Source of the DNA: an uncultured Fibrobacterota bacterium
GTDB taxonomy: Bacteria > Fibrobacterota > Chitinivibrionia > Chitinivibrionales > FEN-1185
Direction: 5' to 3'
Length of the DNA stretch: 64,000 nucleotides
Assembly: GCA_963753345.1 (NCBI GenBank)
Contig: CAVWBU010000027.1
Span: 256,001 to 320,000 of the forward strand
Made by a program: the position numbers and the translations under genes. Under the pieces are notes generated by a model, which was not told where the DNA came from, ran no database searches, and saw only the letters and a program-made list of their open reading frames with translations. Shown one piece after another: positions 9,533 to 19,275 of the stretch (positions within the stretch are counted from its first letter, which is position 1; every line of letters starts with the position of its first letter).

Positions 9533-12330
9533 TAAGCCGCCAACTTTCTTGTTAATTCGAGAATTTCGTTGATTTCGCGTGGAGTAAACAGGCCGCGAAT
9601 GCCTTCGGGATGCAACACCGTAAAAGGTGATTCTATCAAATCGCGTTTTTCCACCGTTTCTCTTTGCAGTATGAAATCCTTGAGCAGGTCCAGAAAATCC
9701 AATTGCCGTGAGCTGAGGTTCGTGTGGTCGTGGATGAATTGTTCAAACGCCTTGCTCACCGTGTCCGGAAAGCTTTCCAGTTTTTCGATGCCCAGGATAT
9801 GTTTGATAAATTGGATGAACTTTGCCTTCCGGTTCCTGTAAACAGTCTTGAGCAAGTCTTCGGTGATGTGCGGGTGTTCGTTGTTCAGCAGTTCCGCAAG
9901 CTCATGTATCTCTTTTTCGGACACTTGCCTGCCCTCTCTGATCTTCCGCAGTATCGGATTGCTTTCCGTCAATTCCTTGACAAGCTTCTCCACCATTTCC
10001 CGGTATTTGGAAACGCTCACCGCCGAATGTTCCGGCCCAAACTCCACTGTCTCCTTTGTTTTCACCAAATCGGCAAAATCGAACTTTGCGGGTCCAAGAG
10101 GCACGTCACCGCCATCCCGGTATTTCTGGAGCGGCGAGAGCTTTGCGCTAAGCTCGTCGAATGTCTCATCCGTTGCCGTGGCCCAAAAGTGATTTGTCTG
10201 GGCCGCCCTAATCGTTGTTTCTTCCCTGGCGACAATGTTCACCGACAGCGGCAACCCCCCCGCAATCTCAACGATATTGTCTTTGAGCGTCTCGAATTTG
10301 TTTTCTTCGCCCGCAAGCTTGGCCAGGGATGCTTCGAGCAAATCCTTTTCAAACCGCATGGCCTTGAAATCGGTCTGTGAAACGGTCCTGAAAAGCGGCT
10401 TGATGCTCGTGCGCATGAATTCGATCTTATCGTGGGTAAGCTTTGTCCAGAAGTTGTCGTCCTCAATCTTGCGCAGGTCCGTTGCCGCATCGTGAATGGT
10501 GACGGAGTTTTTCGGGAGTTCCGAAATCTGTTTGCGGAGCCGGGCAATTTCCTTTTTGGCAATGCCGTCGTTGTCCAAGTCAATTGCCTTTTCGATCTTG
10601 TCGAGCCGAATGCCCACAAACCGCACGGGAAGCGGAATTTGCGCGGCTGGCTCCTTGCCTCTGGGATTGAGCTTGAAATATTCGAAGTTGTCCCAGCAAT
10701 CCAGAATAAGGAACTTGTCTTTTGCAGGGCACCAGGGCTTTATCTTGTGCGGTTCCAGAAGGCGCGTGCCCCTGCCGATCATCTGCCAGAACTTCGTGTA
10801 GGAATACACCGGCTTGGCAAAGACCAGGTTGACTATTTCCCTTATATCAATTCCCGTGTCGAGCATGTCCACGCTCAAGGCTATGCGCGGCATGTCGTTC
10901 TTGGAAAACTGGTCCAGCAGCCCGCCTTTGCCGTACACGCGCGGATCGTCGGAAACAAGGACCTTGGCAAGCTCGCCGCGATACTCCGGGTACAGAGTGT
11001 CGAAGATCTGCTCAAGCCGTCGCGCATGCGACATGGAAGAACAGAAGAATATCGTTTTGCCCGGAAGAACCCCGTTTGAATCCTTGATGCACTCTTCCAT
11101 GTACTCTCTCACGATGAGAGCGTTTGTGCCTTTGTTGATGACCGTCTTTTCAATCTCCGTGCCCTCAAAATTGATTTCCTCAACGTCCTTGCCTTCGAGG
11201 ATCAATTTCTTCTGGTCTTCAAGGGAAATGGTCCGCTTGCTGATGCCTTCGGCCTGAAACTTTGTATGGATCTTGGTCACCACAAAGTTGCACAAATACG
11301 GCGGAACGTTGGCCACCGCTTCCTCGTAGGTATACGCAAACGTGGGTACGCCGTCGTCGCAGTTGAAAAGCTTGAACGTGTTATGGTCGATAACATCCGT
11401 TGGCGTGGCGGTAAGCCCGATGCTTATGGCCTTGAAATAATCGAGCACCTCTCCGTATGTATTGTAAATGGACCGGTGACTCTCGTCGATTACAACGAGA
11501 TCAAAGAAGTGGGGCGAAAGGTTGTTGCCTTCATCACGAATGATATTCAGCATCGTGGGATAGGTGGAAACGTAGATGCGCCTGTCCTTGGCGATTTCGA
11601 TGTCTCCCTGCCTGGGCCAACGCGGCTCGTTGGGCAGGTGCTCCTTGAAAGCATCCAATGCCTGTTCGCGCAACGCAATCCTGTCAACCAGGAAAAGCAC
11701 CCGCTCCACGTGGCCTGCGCGCATGAGCGCGTCGACAAGGGCAATGCACGTTCTGGTTTTGCCCGTTCCAGTGGCCATAACAAGCAGAAAATTTCGCTGT
11801 TTCTTTTCGATCCCTTCCATTACCGCGCGGATCGCGCGGATCTGGTAGTCTCTTCCGGCGATCTTCGTATTAATAAGCTCGTCGGCAAGCCGCTTCCTGT
11901 TTTCACGAATGTACTGAAACCGCTCCAGGTCGTCCCGCGTTGGGAACCCCACCACTTTTCGCGGCGGGTAATTGTCCAAATCCCAGAAGTGAATTTCAAG
12001 TCCGTTGGTGTAAAAACAAAACGGCAGGGCGCAGCCGTACTGCTTCTTAATGTTATGGCAATACTGCTTTGCCTGTTCCCTCCCTATCTCCGCGTCCTTT
12101 GAAGTCTTCTTGGCTTCCACAACCGCCAGCGGCTTTGCATCCCTGCCAAACAAAACATAGTCGCTGAACTGATGCCCCTCGTACGGCGTTCGCGGCTCGG
12201 AAACGCCATCGGGCAAAGGAACGGAAATATCGAATTCCTGGGAGACCTGGGTAAGGTTGTTTACGTCCCAGCCCGCGGCGAGGAGCTTTTTGTCGATGAG
12301 GTCTTTACGGGTTTGGGATTCGGATGTCAT
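9532..12330 (-). CDS. hsdR: Type I restriction endonuclease R subunit (EcoAI/EcoEI-like)
   Basis: SDYVL..VVEAKK nuclease motif, MATGTGKT Walker A, DESHRS, TAT, QMIGRGTR. Confidence 0.95.
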   Translation of the reverse strand: MTSESQTRKDLIDKKLLAAGWDVNNLTQVSQEFDISVPLPDGVSEPRTPYEGHQFSDYVLFGRDAKPLAVVEAKKTSKDAEIGREQAKQYCHNIKKQYGCALPFCFYTNGLEIHFWDLDNYPPRKVVGFPTRDDLERFQYIRENRKRLADELINTKIAGRDYQIRAIRAVMEGIEKKQRNFLLVMATGTGKTRTCIALVDALMRAGHVERVLFLVDRIALREQALDAFKEHLPNEPRWPRQGDIEIAKDRRIYVSTYPTMLNIIRDEGNNLSPHFFDLVVIDESHRSIYNTYGEVLDYFKAISIGLTATPTDVIDHNTFKLFNCDDGVPTFAYTYEEAVANVPPYLCNFVVTKIHTKFQAEGISKRTISLEDQKKLILEGKDVEEINFEGTEIEKTVINKGTNALIVREYMEECIKDSNGVLPGKTIFFCSSMSHARRLEQIFDTLYPEYRGELAKVLVSDDPRVYGKGGLLDQFSKNDMPRIALSVDMLDTGIDIREIVNLVFAKPVYSYTKFWQMIGRGTRLLEPHKIKPWCPAKDKFLILDCWDNFEYFKLNPRGKEPAAQIPLPVRFVGIRLDKIEKAIDLDNDGIAKKEIARLRKQISELPKNSVTIHDAATDLRKIEDDNFWTKLTHDKIEFMRTSIKPLFRTVSQTDFKAMRFEKDLLEASLAKLAGEENKFETLKDNIVEIAGGLPLSVNIVAREETTIRAAQTNHFWATATDETFDELSAKLSPLQKYRDGGDVPLGPAKFDFADLVKTKETVEFGPEHSAVSVSKYREMVEKLVKELTESNPILRKIREGRQVSEKEIHELAELLNNEHPHITEDLLKTVYRNRKAKFIQFIKHILGIEKLESFPDTVSKAFEQFIHDHTNLSSRQLDFLDLLKDFILQRETVEKRDLIESPFTVLHPEGIRGLFTPREINEILELTRKLAA

Positions 12331-12377
12331 GGATTGTTAAGTCTCATGCTTGCCGCCAAGCACAAATCTTGCGCGCC

Positions 12378-12533
12378 CTACCGGGCAAATTGCATGTCGT
12401 CGGGTATGCCCATTTTCCTGTTCTCTTCAATTGCCTTTTGAACGGCCCTATTGGCAAGACGCCTGTTTTCGGTGAACTGCCTCAGGGCCCGATCGCTGAT
12501 CTTCTTTTTTTCTGCCGTCTTCTTCTTGTTCAT
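12378..12533 (-). CDS. Small basic protein (51 aa), possible antitoxin-like partner
   Basis: Hand translation MNKKKTAEKKKISDRALRQFTENRRLANRAVQKAIEENRKMGIPDDMQFAR. It has an ATGA overlap with an upstream truncated reading frame. Confidence 0.55.
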   Translation of the reverse strand: MNKKKTAEKKKISDRALRQFTENRRLANRAVQKAIEENRKMGIPDDMQFAR

Positions 12534-12742
12534 GCGGAAATCTCCCTGAATATCCGGTAAAATTCATCGTCCAGCACCACGGTTTGCCCATCTTCGCTAT
12601 ATGCAACTTCCAACGGTCGACCCTCGTAAGCCGTTTCGGTCCTCTGCGGGAAAGCGAAGGAAACGCCGCATCCTTCAGAATCAAAATAGTATTTACCGTG
12701 AGGTCAAGGCGAGGGCGTGAGAGGTGAGGTCAATGGTCAGGA

Positions 12743-12804
12743 GCACTACCGAGGACGGCAGTGGCACACTATTGTGATTATTGATCACACGGGGCACCCG
12801 TGCG
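12743..12804. repeat. Conserved junction motif, copy 1 (hairpin without REP insert)
   Basis: gcactaccgaggacggcagtggcacactattgtgatt...gcacccgtgcg. Homologues lie at 20863-20993 and 23874-23984. Confidence 0.75.
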
Positions 12805-12852
12805 CCAAGATTCTATTAGTTTCCAACTTGGAAATAAATGAAACCGCTCAAA

Positions 12853-14613
12853 TCACTTTTTCAAAACATCCTCAAACGCATTATTGATCGCATCCATCCA
12901 TGTGGTTGGGACCTCACTAAGTGATGCCCACTGTGACACATGGTTGTACGCATGAAAAGGCTTGTCGTTGCCGGGCGGAGAGTATCCAAGAGCTTCTTCG
13001 AGACACTTGTTTAGTACAATCACATTCTTGGGTTCACCAACCGCATCGAAAATAGGTTTGTTAAACTTCTCTGCTCCAGCAACACCATAATCGCCGTCAT
13101 GAACTACAATCGGCTCAATACTCAACGCCCGCAGGTACTTCACAAGCGATATTATTGCTGCCTTCCCCCTTGCTTTTACTAATTGATACCGTGCAGCAAT
13201 CTGCTTTTGTACCGCGTCTGGCAGCAACTTGAGGGTTTGCCTAATTGCCAATACTTCAGAGTCGCCTTCAACTACTATAACCTTCTCCGCAAAGAAGACA
13301 CGCGACAGTTCATCGTCAAATGCCTGTACTATTTTTACCCGCGTCTTGTCCTCCGGAGGCAACTTGGCAAGCGCGGTGGAAACAACGTAATTGCATGCAA
13401 CGACATTATCGGAGTCTTGTATTGCCATCCTGGTAATACTCTGTGGGTTTCGACTCAAATCGATCATCCATGGTGAATGCGTGGTACAAATGATCTGGTC
13501 AGATTCCCCTAAAGCATAGATTGTATCTCTAAGCATATTTGCCGCAGACGGATGGAGAAAAAGTTCAGGTTCCTCGAAGGCAACAAGCACAGGCCGCGTT
13601 TGAAGTTCCTTTTGTATTTTTAACCGTGCGTGGTAGCGAAGCATAGCGAACGCACATGTCCGAATCAGACCAGTCCCCTGCCGAGACACACCGGTTCGAA
13701 TGTTGGAGAAGACTTTGATGTCGTATTTTGGGCGAAGAATCTCAAGCAAATCCTGCAAGGACGGTTCGATAGAAATGCCGCACTTTGGAAATACATCGGC
13801 AATAATAGTATTTATCTCGTTGACCAAACCATGGACAAGTGAGGCCTCATCAGCCGGATCCATTTGTTTTTCGAGTTGTTTAAGTCTACTTGTTATTTCA
13901 CCTGCTATCGGAGTTGTGCCGATTAAGTCCTCAAAAAGCAGTGACAGACACTCACCAAGAGCATATTTTTTCTCGTCTGATTCAATTTCTCGCGCCTCTG
14001 TTAGAGCGGGAATGTGAATTAACCGAGGCAGACGGGACAGAACGTTTTGCGGTATGCCACCTGGGTTCGGCATCCAAGCCGGTTGTGCAGCCGTGTCAAA
14101 GTCAAGTACGTCTGGAATAGACTTCTCCCAGTCCCTTCCCAATTTGGCGTCGACTTCGTTTATGCCCAGCCCGTCTTCTACGATATCCACTGGGATACCC
14201 CCGTCGAGCAAATCCTTCACCTTCTTTGCCTTTTGGAACGCTGGCTTTAAAGTTGAGGGATACTCTTGAGTCTCAATCTTCGGCTTGGTTGTATCAGTTG
14301 TGAGCGTCTTGCGGTAGACGAACCTGTTGTTAACAACCCGTCCTCGAAAGCCGCGACTTGCCGCCACATCAGTCGGAATGTTCCCGAAGTGCGCAGTGAT
14401 GATTGTTTGATCTGCGCGTGAGCCATCCTGCCGCTCTTGTATATCCTGTTGCGACAGTTTCTCTCTCTCAAGAGAAAGAAGGGCTTCTATCGCGGCAACG
14501 ATGGAGCTTTTTGAAGTATTGTTCGGCCCAACAATGAATGTGGAGGGTTCAAAGCAAACGGTTGCTTTCTTAATGCGGCGAAAGTTTTCCAAGTCAAGCT
14601 GCAATAATCTCAT
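12853..14613 (-). CDS. OLD-family ATP-dependent nuclease (ABC ATPase + TOPRIM)
   Basis: LENFRRI, VGPNNTSKSS Walker A-like, FEEPELFLHP, TTHSP, TOPRIM VVEGDSE and DGD. Confidence 0.9.
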   Translation of the reverse strand: MRLLQLDLENFRRIKKATVCFEPSTFIVGPNNTSKSSIVAAIEALLSLEREKLSQQDIQERQDGSRADQTIITAHFGNIPTDVAASRGFRGRVVNNRFVYRKTLTTDTTKPKIETQEYPSTLKPAFQKAKKVKDLLDGGIPVDIVEDGLGINEVDAKLGRDWEKSIPDVLDFDTAAQPAWMPNPGGIPQNVLSRLPRLIHIPALTEAREIESDEKKYALGECLSLLFEDLIGTTPIAGEITSRLKQLEKQMDPADEASLVHGLVNEINTIIADVFPKCGISIEPSLQDLLEILRPKYDIKVFSNIRTGVSRQGTGLIRTCAFAMLRYHARLKIQKELQTRPVLVAFEEPELFLHPSAANMLRDTIYALGESDQIICTTHSPWMIDLSRNPQSITRMAIQDSDNVVACNYVVSTALAKLPPEDKTRVKIVQAFDDELSRVFFAEKVIVVEGDSEVLAIRQTLKLLPDAVQKQIAARYQLVKARGKAAIISLVKYLRALSIEPIVVHDGDYGVAGAEKFNKPIFDAVGEPKNVIVLNKCLEEALGYSPPGNDKPFHAYNHVSQWASLSEVPTTWMDAINNAFEDVLKK

Positions 14614-14718
14614 TCATGTCTCCAGGTTAATAATCATCATTAAAAACGCGCGCTCTCGCTTAACATTCTTCCTAATCGCCAACACATTAATGACATTCCC
14701 GGCGGCAATCTATTCTGG

Positions 14719-15993
14719 TCATACCGTACTATTCTCGTCGTGGTCCAACTCAAGCAAGGTCAGCCCTTCAATTTCCTGCAGTGTCTTCCCAGCTATTCCC
14801 TGCAAATCCCCATACATTCCTACAGTTGCCTGCATGACGTGCTCTATTTGTTGTTGACGTTTTGCCCATTGTTTTGTAATCGCTTTTTTCTCTTTATCAA
14901 GGTCTTCCTGCATTGAGGTAAACGCTTCTATTATAGCCTGCACACGCTGACGAAAACGGGGACCTGTAAGGTACTGGTAAATCATCTCCGTTTTCGTCTG
15001 CTGACCTTCAGACACACGGCGAGCCGACGAGATTTCAAGTAACATATGTCGAAGTGCAAATGCAACGGGTATTGTTGCTGTTGGGTGCGAAACCCACACC
15101 CCTTCGACAAACCCAAAGGTTTCCACACTTTTCGGGAGAACTTGAGTGATAATAACAGCTATCTCGCCCTTTGCATTTCGCAGATCATCCCGCAACTTGG
15201 CAAGCCAGCCGTCGCTCCAATTCTTCGTTCTTTTTGATTCCCACAATATCGTGCCGCAAATTTGCCCGCTAGAATCATTCACTCGTTGCAACACATCTCC
15301 CCCGAATTCGCCCTTGGGTACCGGTTCTATTGTATCGCGTGGAAAGTTCGTTCTCAATAGCGCTTCAAGCTCAATTTCCTGAACTTCCCCTTGAAGTTGC
15401 TCGGAACCTTGTTCTGCCTTACGTTTGAGTTCTTCAATCTGTCTCTGCATTGACGAAATGGTCTGCTCCTTTTCCATCACTTTGAGCTTCATTTGCTCTT
15501 CAGTTTCTTTGCGAGCCTGTTCGCGTATTGCATCCAGTCCCTCCTGGACGCGCTTTTCAATATTCAAATTCATTTCTCTCTTCGCATCGTCAAGCTCGCG
15601 TTGTTTTCGGATTAACTCAGCTTGCGCTTCCTGGGCTTCGGAAAGCTTCTTGTCGCGCTGCAGAAGAACTTCTTGAAGTTCAGCAAGCTGTTTGTCTTTG
15701 CTCTCCAGGTCGTTGGAGAGAATCGTTCTTGCTTTCTTTAGTTCTTCCGCGGCTATTTTTGAGCGCTCTTGTTCTATTTTCTCTGTGACTTGTTGTTGAA
15801 TAGTCTCTTTTTCCCTGCCGATGGCTTCCTCGCGAGCCTTAAGTGCCTTTTCCTGAGCAGCAATATCCACGTCCTTCTTAGCAATCCGATCCTCATAATC
15901 ACGTTTAGTTGCCTCGATAAGTGGCGCAGCAAGAGATTCGGTAAGCCTTATTTCATTCTTGCATTTCGGACAGATTATGGTCGGTTCATTCAT
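14719..15993 (-). CDS. DUF2130 coiled-coil / PD-(D/E)xK-like protein
   Basis: N-terminal ICPKC, long coiled coil, GSEQLQGEVQE, GDVLQ..ILWESKRTKNWS. Confidence 0.88.
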   Translation of the reverse strand: MNEPTIICPKCKNEIRLTESLAAPLIEATKRDYEDRIAKKDVDIAAQEKALKAREEAIGREKETIQQQVTEKIEQERSKIAAEELKKARTILSNDLESKDKQLAELQEVLLQRDKKLSEAQEAQAELIRKQRELDDAKREMNLNIEKRVQEGLDAIREQARKETEEQMKLKVMEKEQTISSMQRQIEELKRKAEQGSEQLQGEVQEIELEALLRTNFPRDTIEPVPKGEFGGDVLQRVNDSSGQICGTILWESKRTKNWSDGWLAKLRDDLRNAKGEIAVIITQVLPKSVETFGFVEGVWVSHPTATIPVAFALRHMLLEISSARRVSEGQQTKTEMIYQYLTGPRFRQRVQAIIEAFTSMQEDLDKEKKAITKQWAKRQQQIEHVMQATVGMYGDLQGIAGKTLQEIEGLTLLELDHDENSTV

Positions 15994-16075
15994 TGCTTAC
16001 TCCCCACCAGGGCCAGATAAGTTGAATAGATTGCAAGTTCGTGAGCAGATGTTTTTTGTTCTTTGTCCCTAGGTT

Positions 16076-16369
16076 TCATACATGGCAATGAATAATCTTC
16101 ATTGCTTTATCATTTGGATTATAGAAAGGTCTGTCCTGAGCGAATATCTTCTCAGTAATCGAAAGCGAAGATATTTTTGATACATCAAAGAGTTTCCATT
16201 CAACAGGCCTGCCAGATTCACTATAACCCCCTGTTTGGTAACCGCGCAGGACTTCATTGCCAGCGGTACTAATCCCGTGGCAATGTGGTTCAACTGTACG
16301 CATTCCGCCGTCGTAATCAAACTGGATTATCGCTCTTTTAGCTATTGCATCGCAAATTAGTGCGTTCAT
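16076..16369 (-). CDS. Stand-alone WYL-domain protein
   Basis: AIAKRAIIQFDYDGGMRTVEPHCHG..LRGYQ..WKLFDVSKI fits the WYL pattern. There is no HTH, and an AGGAGG RBS is present. Confidence 0.75.
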   Translation of the reverse strand: MNALICDAIAKRAIIQFDYDGGMRTVEPHCHGISTAGNEVLRGYQTGGYSESGRPVEWKLFDVSKISSLSITEKIFAQDRPFYNPNDKAMKIIHCHV

Positions 16370-16467
16370 GATCCCTCCTTATGATAATGCCGGTAAGTAG
16401 TGGAGAATTCCTAACAAGACATGTTTCAAACAACTTGCTTGCACCCGGGGCACATTTATCGATAAAA

Positions 16468-16758
16468 TCATTTGCCGCACGTCTCACTGACATTTGCCGA
16501 CGCGAGTTTGGTGGCATCTCTAATTTGCAGGGTTTTGCCTGTTTCTCCATTATGCGCCTTGCACATCGGAACAATGTACCAACCACTGTCCGTGGTGCCT
16601 TCTTTCTGGACATGCGCTCCAACTTCTGGCTTCTCATAGCAGGTAAGTACTGTGCAATAAGGTGGTAATGATTGACCGCTGTAATTCTCCCAATGCTCAA
16701 GCCAGCTGCCGCATTTGCATGTGTTGTCACTGGTACCATTGATGTTCTTTACCTTCAT
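16468..16758 (-). CDS. Small Cys/His-rich protein, possible His-Me (HNH-like) fold
   Basis: CKC, CxxxxC, GAHV and YIVPMCKAHN motifs, with an AAGGAGG RBS. Confidence 0.6.
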   Translation of the reverse strand: MKVKNINGTSDNTCKCGSWLEHWENYSGQSLPPYCTVLTCYEKPEVGAHVQKEGTTDSGWYIVPMCKAHNGETGKTLQIRDATKLASANVSETCGK

Positions 16759-16863
16759 AAAGCCCTCCTTAGGATTGGTTAGACGATTAAATTGTGCCAC
16801 AAATACGATATCAATACAGCCCAGACATAAAAATCCGTGCCCAAGAATACCCAGATAGATAGT

Positions 16864-17235
16864 TCACCCCGCAATCCTCCCCATCTCCTCCTCAATAATC
16901 TTCCCCAGCACTTTCAGCGGCACCGGTTTTCCCAGCACGGTCACGTTGAGCGCCTTCATTTCCTTTTCCGCAATTTCCGGAACAAACCCTGAGAGCAACA
17001 CTTTCCTCACGTGGGCGGGCGCGGCCGCGGCGAGTTGCATGCCGTCAATATATGGCATCCTGTAGTCGGTTACAAGAAGATCGATGGGATTGTTCTGCAC
17101 GAAATCGCGCGCGGTTTGGGCATTGGTGAAGCTATGGACTTGCGCCTGGGGAGCTTCAAGGTTTATGAAGCTTGTCAGGATGTCTGTGATGAACTGTTCG
17201 TCGTCCACGACCACTACTTCGAGTTCGAGTTTCAT
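16864..17235 (-). CDS. Single-domain response regulator (receiver), copy A
   Basis: VVVVDDE, DLLVTDYRMP, LLSG, KP motifs. Confidence 0.9.
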   Translation of the reverse strand: MKLELEVVVVDDEQFITDILTSFINLEAPQAQVHSFTNAQTARDFVQNNPIDLLVTDYRMPYIDGMQLAAAAPAHVRKVLLSGFVPEIAEKEMKALNVTVLGKPVPLKVLGKIIEEEMGRIAG

Positions 17236-17304
17236 AATTCTCCTTGGAGGCGGCTGCCTTTGGCGCCGGAAGCGGACATGTTCATTATACTATAAAGGGG
17301 TTCT

Positions 17305-17333
17305 CAAGAACGGAACCTTATGTTCCGTTCTTG
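17305..17333. promoter_or_regulatory. Perfect 12-bp inverted repeat upstream of the receiver gene (also at 28799-28827 and 30425-30450)
   Basis: caagaacggaac-cttat-gttccgttcttg lies just upstream of a minus-strand TATAAT. Confidence 0.55.
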
Positions 17334-17389
17334 CATGTGCAGATAGCAAGAATCTGGGCGTTCCCCCGCTTCGCATGAAGACACAAGAC

Positions 17390-17561
17390 TTGGGCGCCCC
17401 GCCGAGTACGGCGGCGGCCCTCGCTCCGGTCCACCCCTTCGGGTGCTTCCAAGGGTCGTCGGCCTTCGGCCTCCGGCCGCCACGGCCCAATGCCGCGGCA
17501 GCGGCGGGTCCGGGCGTCACCGCGTTCCAACGCGGCCTCCGTTCCGGCCTGGCGCTGGGCA
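17390..17561. repeat. GC-rich MITE/REP-like dispersed repeat (other copies at 20547-20705, 28884-29055 and inverted 31602-31749)
   Basis: Copies share the ends ttgggcg... and ...gcctggcgctgggca / gcctaacgctgggca, plus internal hairpins. Confidence 0.75.
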
Positions 17562-18221
17562 TAGGACACTACCCAACGTCAATAGTCGCCTGCGCATATT
17601 TGGTTTGTCTTGGCCTTCCTGCCGCCATCAGTGGCGCAGCCGCGCACGGAGTTGTTGAGAACGAGTTGTTTTTGGTTTTTCTTATCGCCATCAGCGCCGC
17701 TCCATGGGACCGGCGGATTGGTCCGCTCGCGTCGTTCAAGGCCGGCATCTTTTGAGGATTGGAAAAATGTCCTGCCGGACGCGTTCGCGAGCGGCCTGCC
17801 GGCCACATGGGTATCGGCGGCGCTGCAGGCGCGGCATGGGGATGCAAGGGGTGCTTGCTGAAGAGCACCCCTTGCTCGGGGTTCGGGGCTGAAGGCCCCG
17901 ACCCGTTTGTACGCGGCCCGCAGGCCGCGGGACCGGGCGGAGCTGCAGGCGCGGCACGGGGGTCCAGGGGGCGCTTGCTGCAGACAAGGCAAACGACACA
18001 ATATCTGGCGCGGAGCGCCAACTACTTCTCCTTGGGGAACGGAAGTGACAACGCCCCTTGGTCGGGGTTCGGGGGCGACCCTCCGACCCCGTTCTACCGC
18101 AGCGCGAGGGTGCCGGGCGCCTCGGATTTATTGAGCCAGTCGAGAAGGGGCATTTGTCCTATTTATTCCTGCTGGTTTGCGAACCTGGATACTTGTTTCC
18201 CTTGCGAGGTCCGCGAAAGAT

Positions 18222-18662
18222 TTACAGATGCTTTACCGTAAGGCCGCTAAATTGCTTTTGCAGGTATTCGGCAGCCAATCGCCTGTGGCATTTGTCGGGC
18301 GTTGACTCGGAGCACAAGAGACATGACATATTAAGTTGTTCAATCGACATCGTTTTGTGTGGAGCCCTCAGGTTAATCAGCGCATTGTACTTCGTTTCGT
18401 ATTCGGCCCAGGAGATCAGCTTCTTATGATAGCCATCCAGCAGTTCTTTTGATGGCGCGAAATCCGGGATATGCCTGTATGAACAATGACAAACGACCTC
18501 AAGGAAAAACTGCAAGTCCTCCCTTTTTGAATATCCTGCAAGTTGAGAGGAGTTGTTAAGCCTTACGTCAATTAATTGAACAACACGATTTTGATTGAGG
18601 ATAGTGAAAAACGTGCGGGCAGGCTTCTTAGTAAACCCTATTGTGTACAGTACTGCTTCCAT
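18222..18662 (-). CDS. DUF488 family protein
   Basis: LYTIGFTKK, LIDVRL, LLCSE..CHRRL. Confidence 0.88.
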   Translation of the reverse strand: MEAVLYTIGFTKKPARTFFTILNQNRVVQLIDVRLNNSSQLAGYSKREDLQFFLEVVCHCSYRHIPDFAPSKELLDGYHKKLISWAEYETKYNALINLRAPHKTMSIEQLNMSCLLCSESTPDKCHRRLAAEYLQKQFSGLTVKHL

Positions 18663-19266
18663 TGCTTGCTTCCTCGGGATTAGAGAATGATTCATCTACA
18701 TAAGCGATGGAATCGCCTTGAATGCGATACGCCTCCTCAACAAGCTGGGCGTGAGTCCTAAGAAGATCTGGTCCGTCAAGGTGAACCATTGAGAGAAGAC
18801 GTTCTTCAATATGGTCTTGAGGTTCGATATCTCCATCGCACAGTATGTGTTCTATTTCCTTAACATCATTCCGCAAGTTCTTGCAAATCAGAATGGTCCT
18901 ATGGCACATTATAGGGTCTTTCTCGGCGCACATCAGAGCGATGTTATGATTTAAAAGGCCATCCACAATGCGCTTGAGACCTTTTCTGAAGAGCGGGTGT
19001 CTGGAAATAAGAGCATAATCGGCCTTACCATCGATGTAGCATTCAGGTGCACTAATCCTCGCTCCACATTCATTACCGAGGAAAACATAGTAGATTCCGT
19101 TATCGCGCAGAAATGCTTTTATGGTTTCACGATTGTAGTCGGGCTTAAATTTGCTGAATGGTTGTGAGCGGACATCCGCAACAGCTGAAATACCGTATTG
19201 TCTAATCGCATGCAAGAAATCTGCATTGGTGAAGCAGGAATAGCCAATTGTGAAGAGCTTGTGCAT
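18628..19266 (-). CDS. DUF488 family protein
   Basis: LFTIGYS, VADVRSQP, ALMCAEKDPIMCHR. Confidence 0.88.
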   Translation of the reverse strand: MHKLFTIGYSCFTNADFLHAIRQYGISAVADVRSQPFSKFKPDYNRETIKAFLRDNGIYYVFLGNECGARISAPECYIDGKADYALISRHPLFRKGLKRIVDGLLNHNIALMCAEKDPIMCHRTILICKNLRNDVKEIEHILCDGDIEPQDHIEERLLSMVHLDGPDLLRTHAQLVEEAYRIQGDSIAYVDESFSNPEEASNGSSTVHNRVY

Positions 19267-19275
19267 GCTTGCGGT

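Larger units (their letters stand above)
16864..17835. repeat. 972-bp direct duplication, copy A (copy B at 28358-29329)
   Basis: Near-identical at a constant offset of 11494 bp. Confidence 0.95.

Noticed and set aside
12761-12776. Sigma-54 promoter (TGGCAC) in the junction motif
   Set aside because: The spacing to a -12 GC does not fit GG-N10-GC.
12743-12804. Junction motif as a small coding gene (ARVPRVINNHNSVPLPS; several synonymous-looking changes between copies)
   Set aside because: It has no start codon or RBS and two copies have in-frame stops just upstream. It could at most be a fossil fragment.
12853-14613. Gabija system
   Set aside because: No adjacent UvrD-like gajB. The SF1 helicase is 6 kb away and of a different family.
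17084-18241. Arg/Pro/Ala-rich ORFs in the GC block (and 28578-29520)
   Set aside because: They derive from GC-rich repeats and have no motifs or RBS support.
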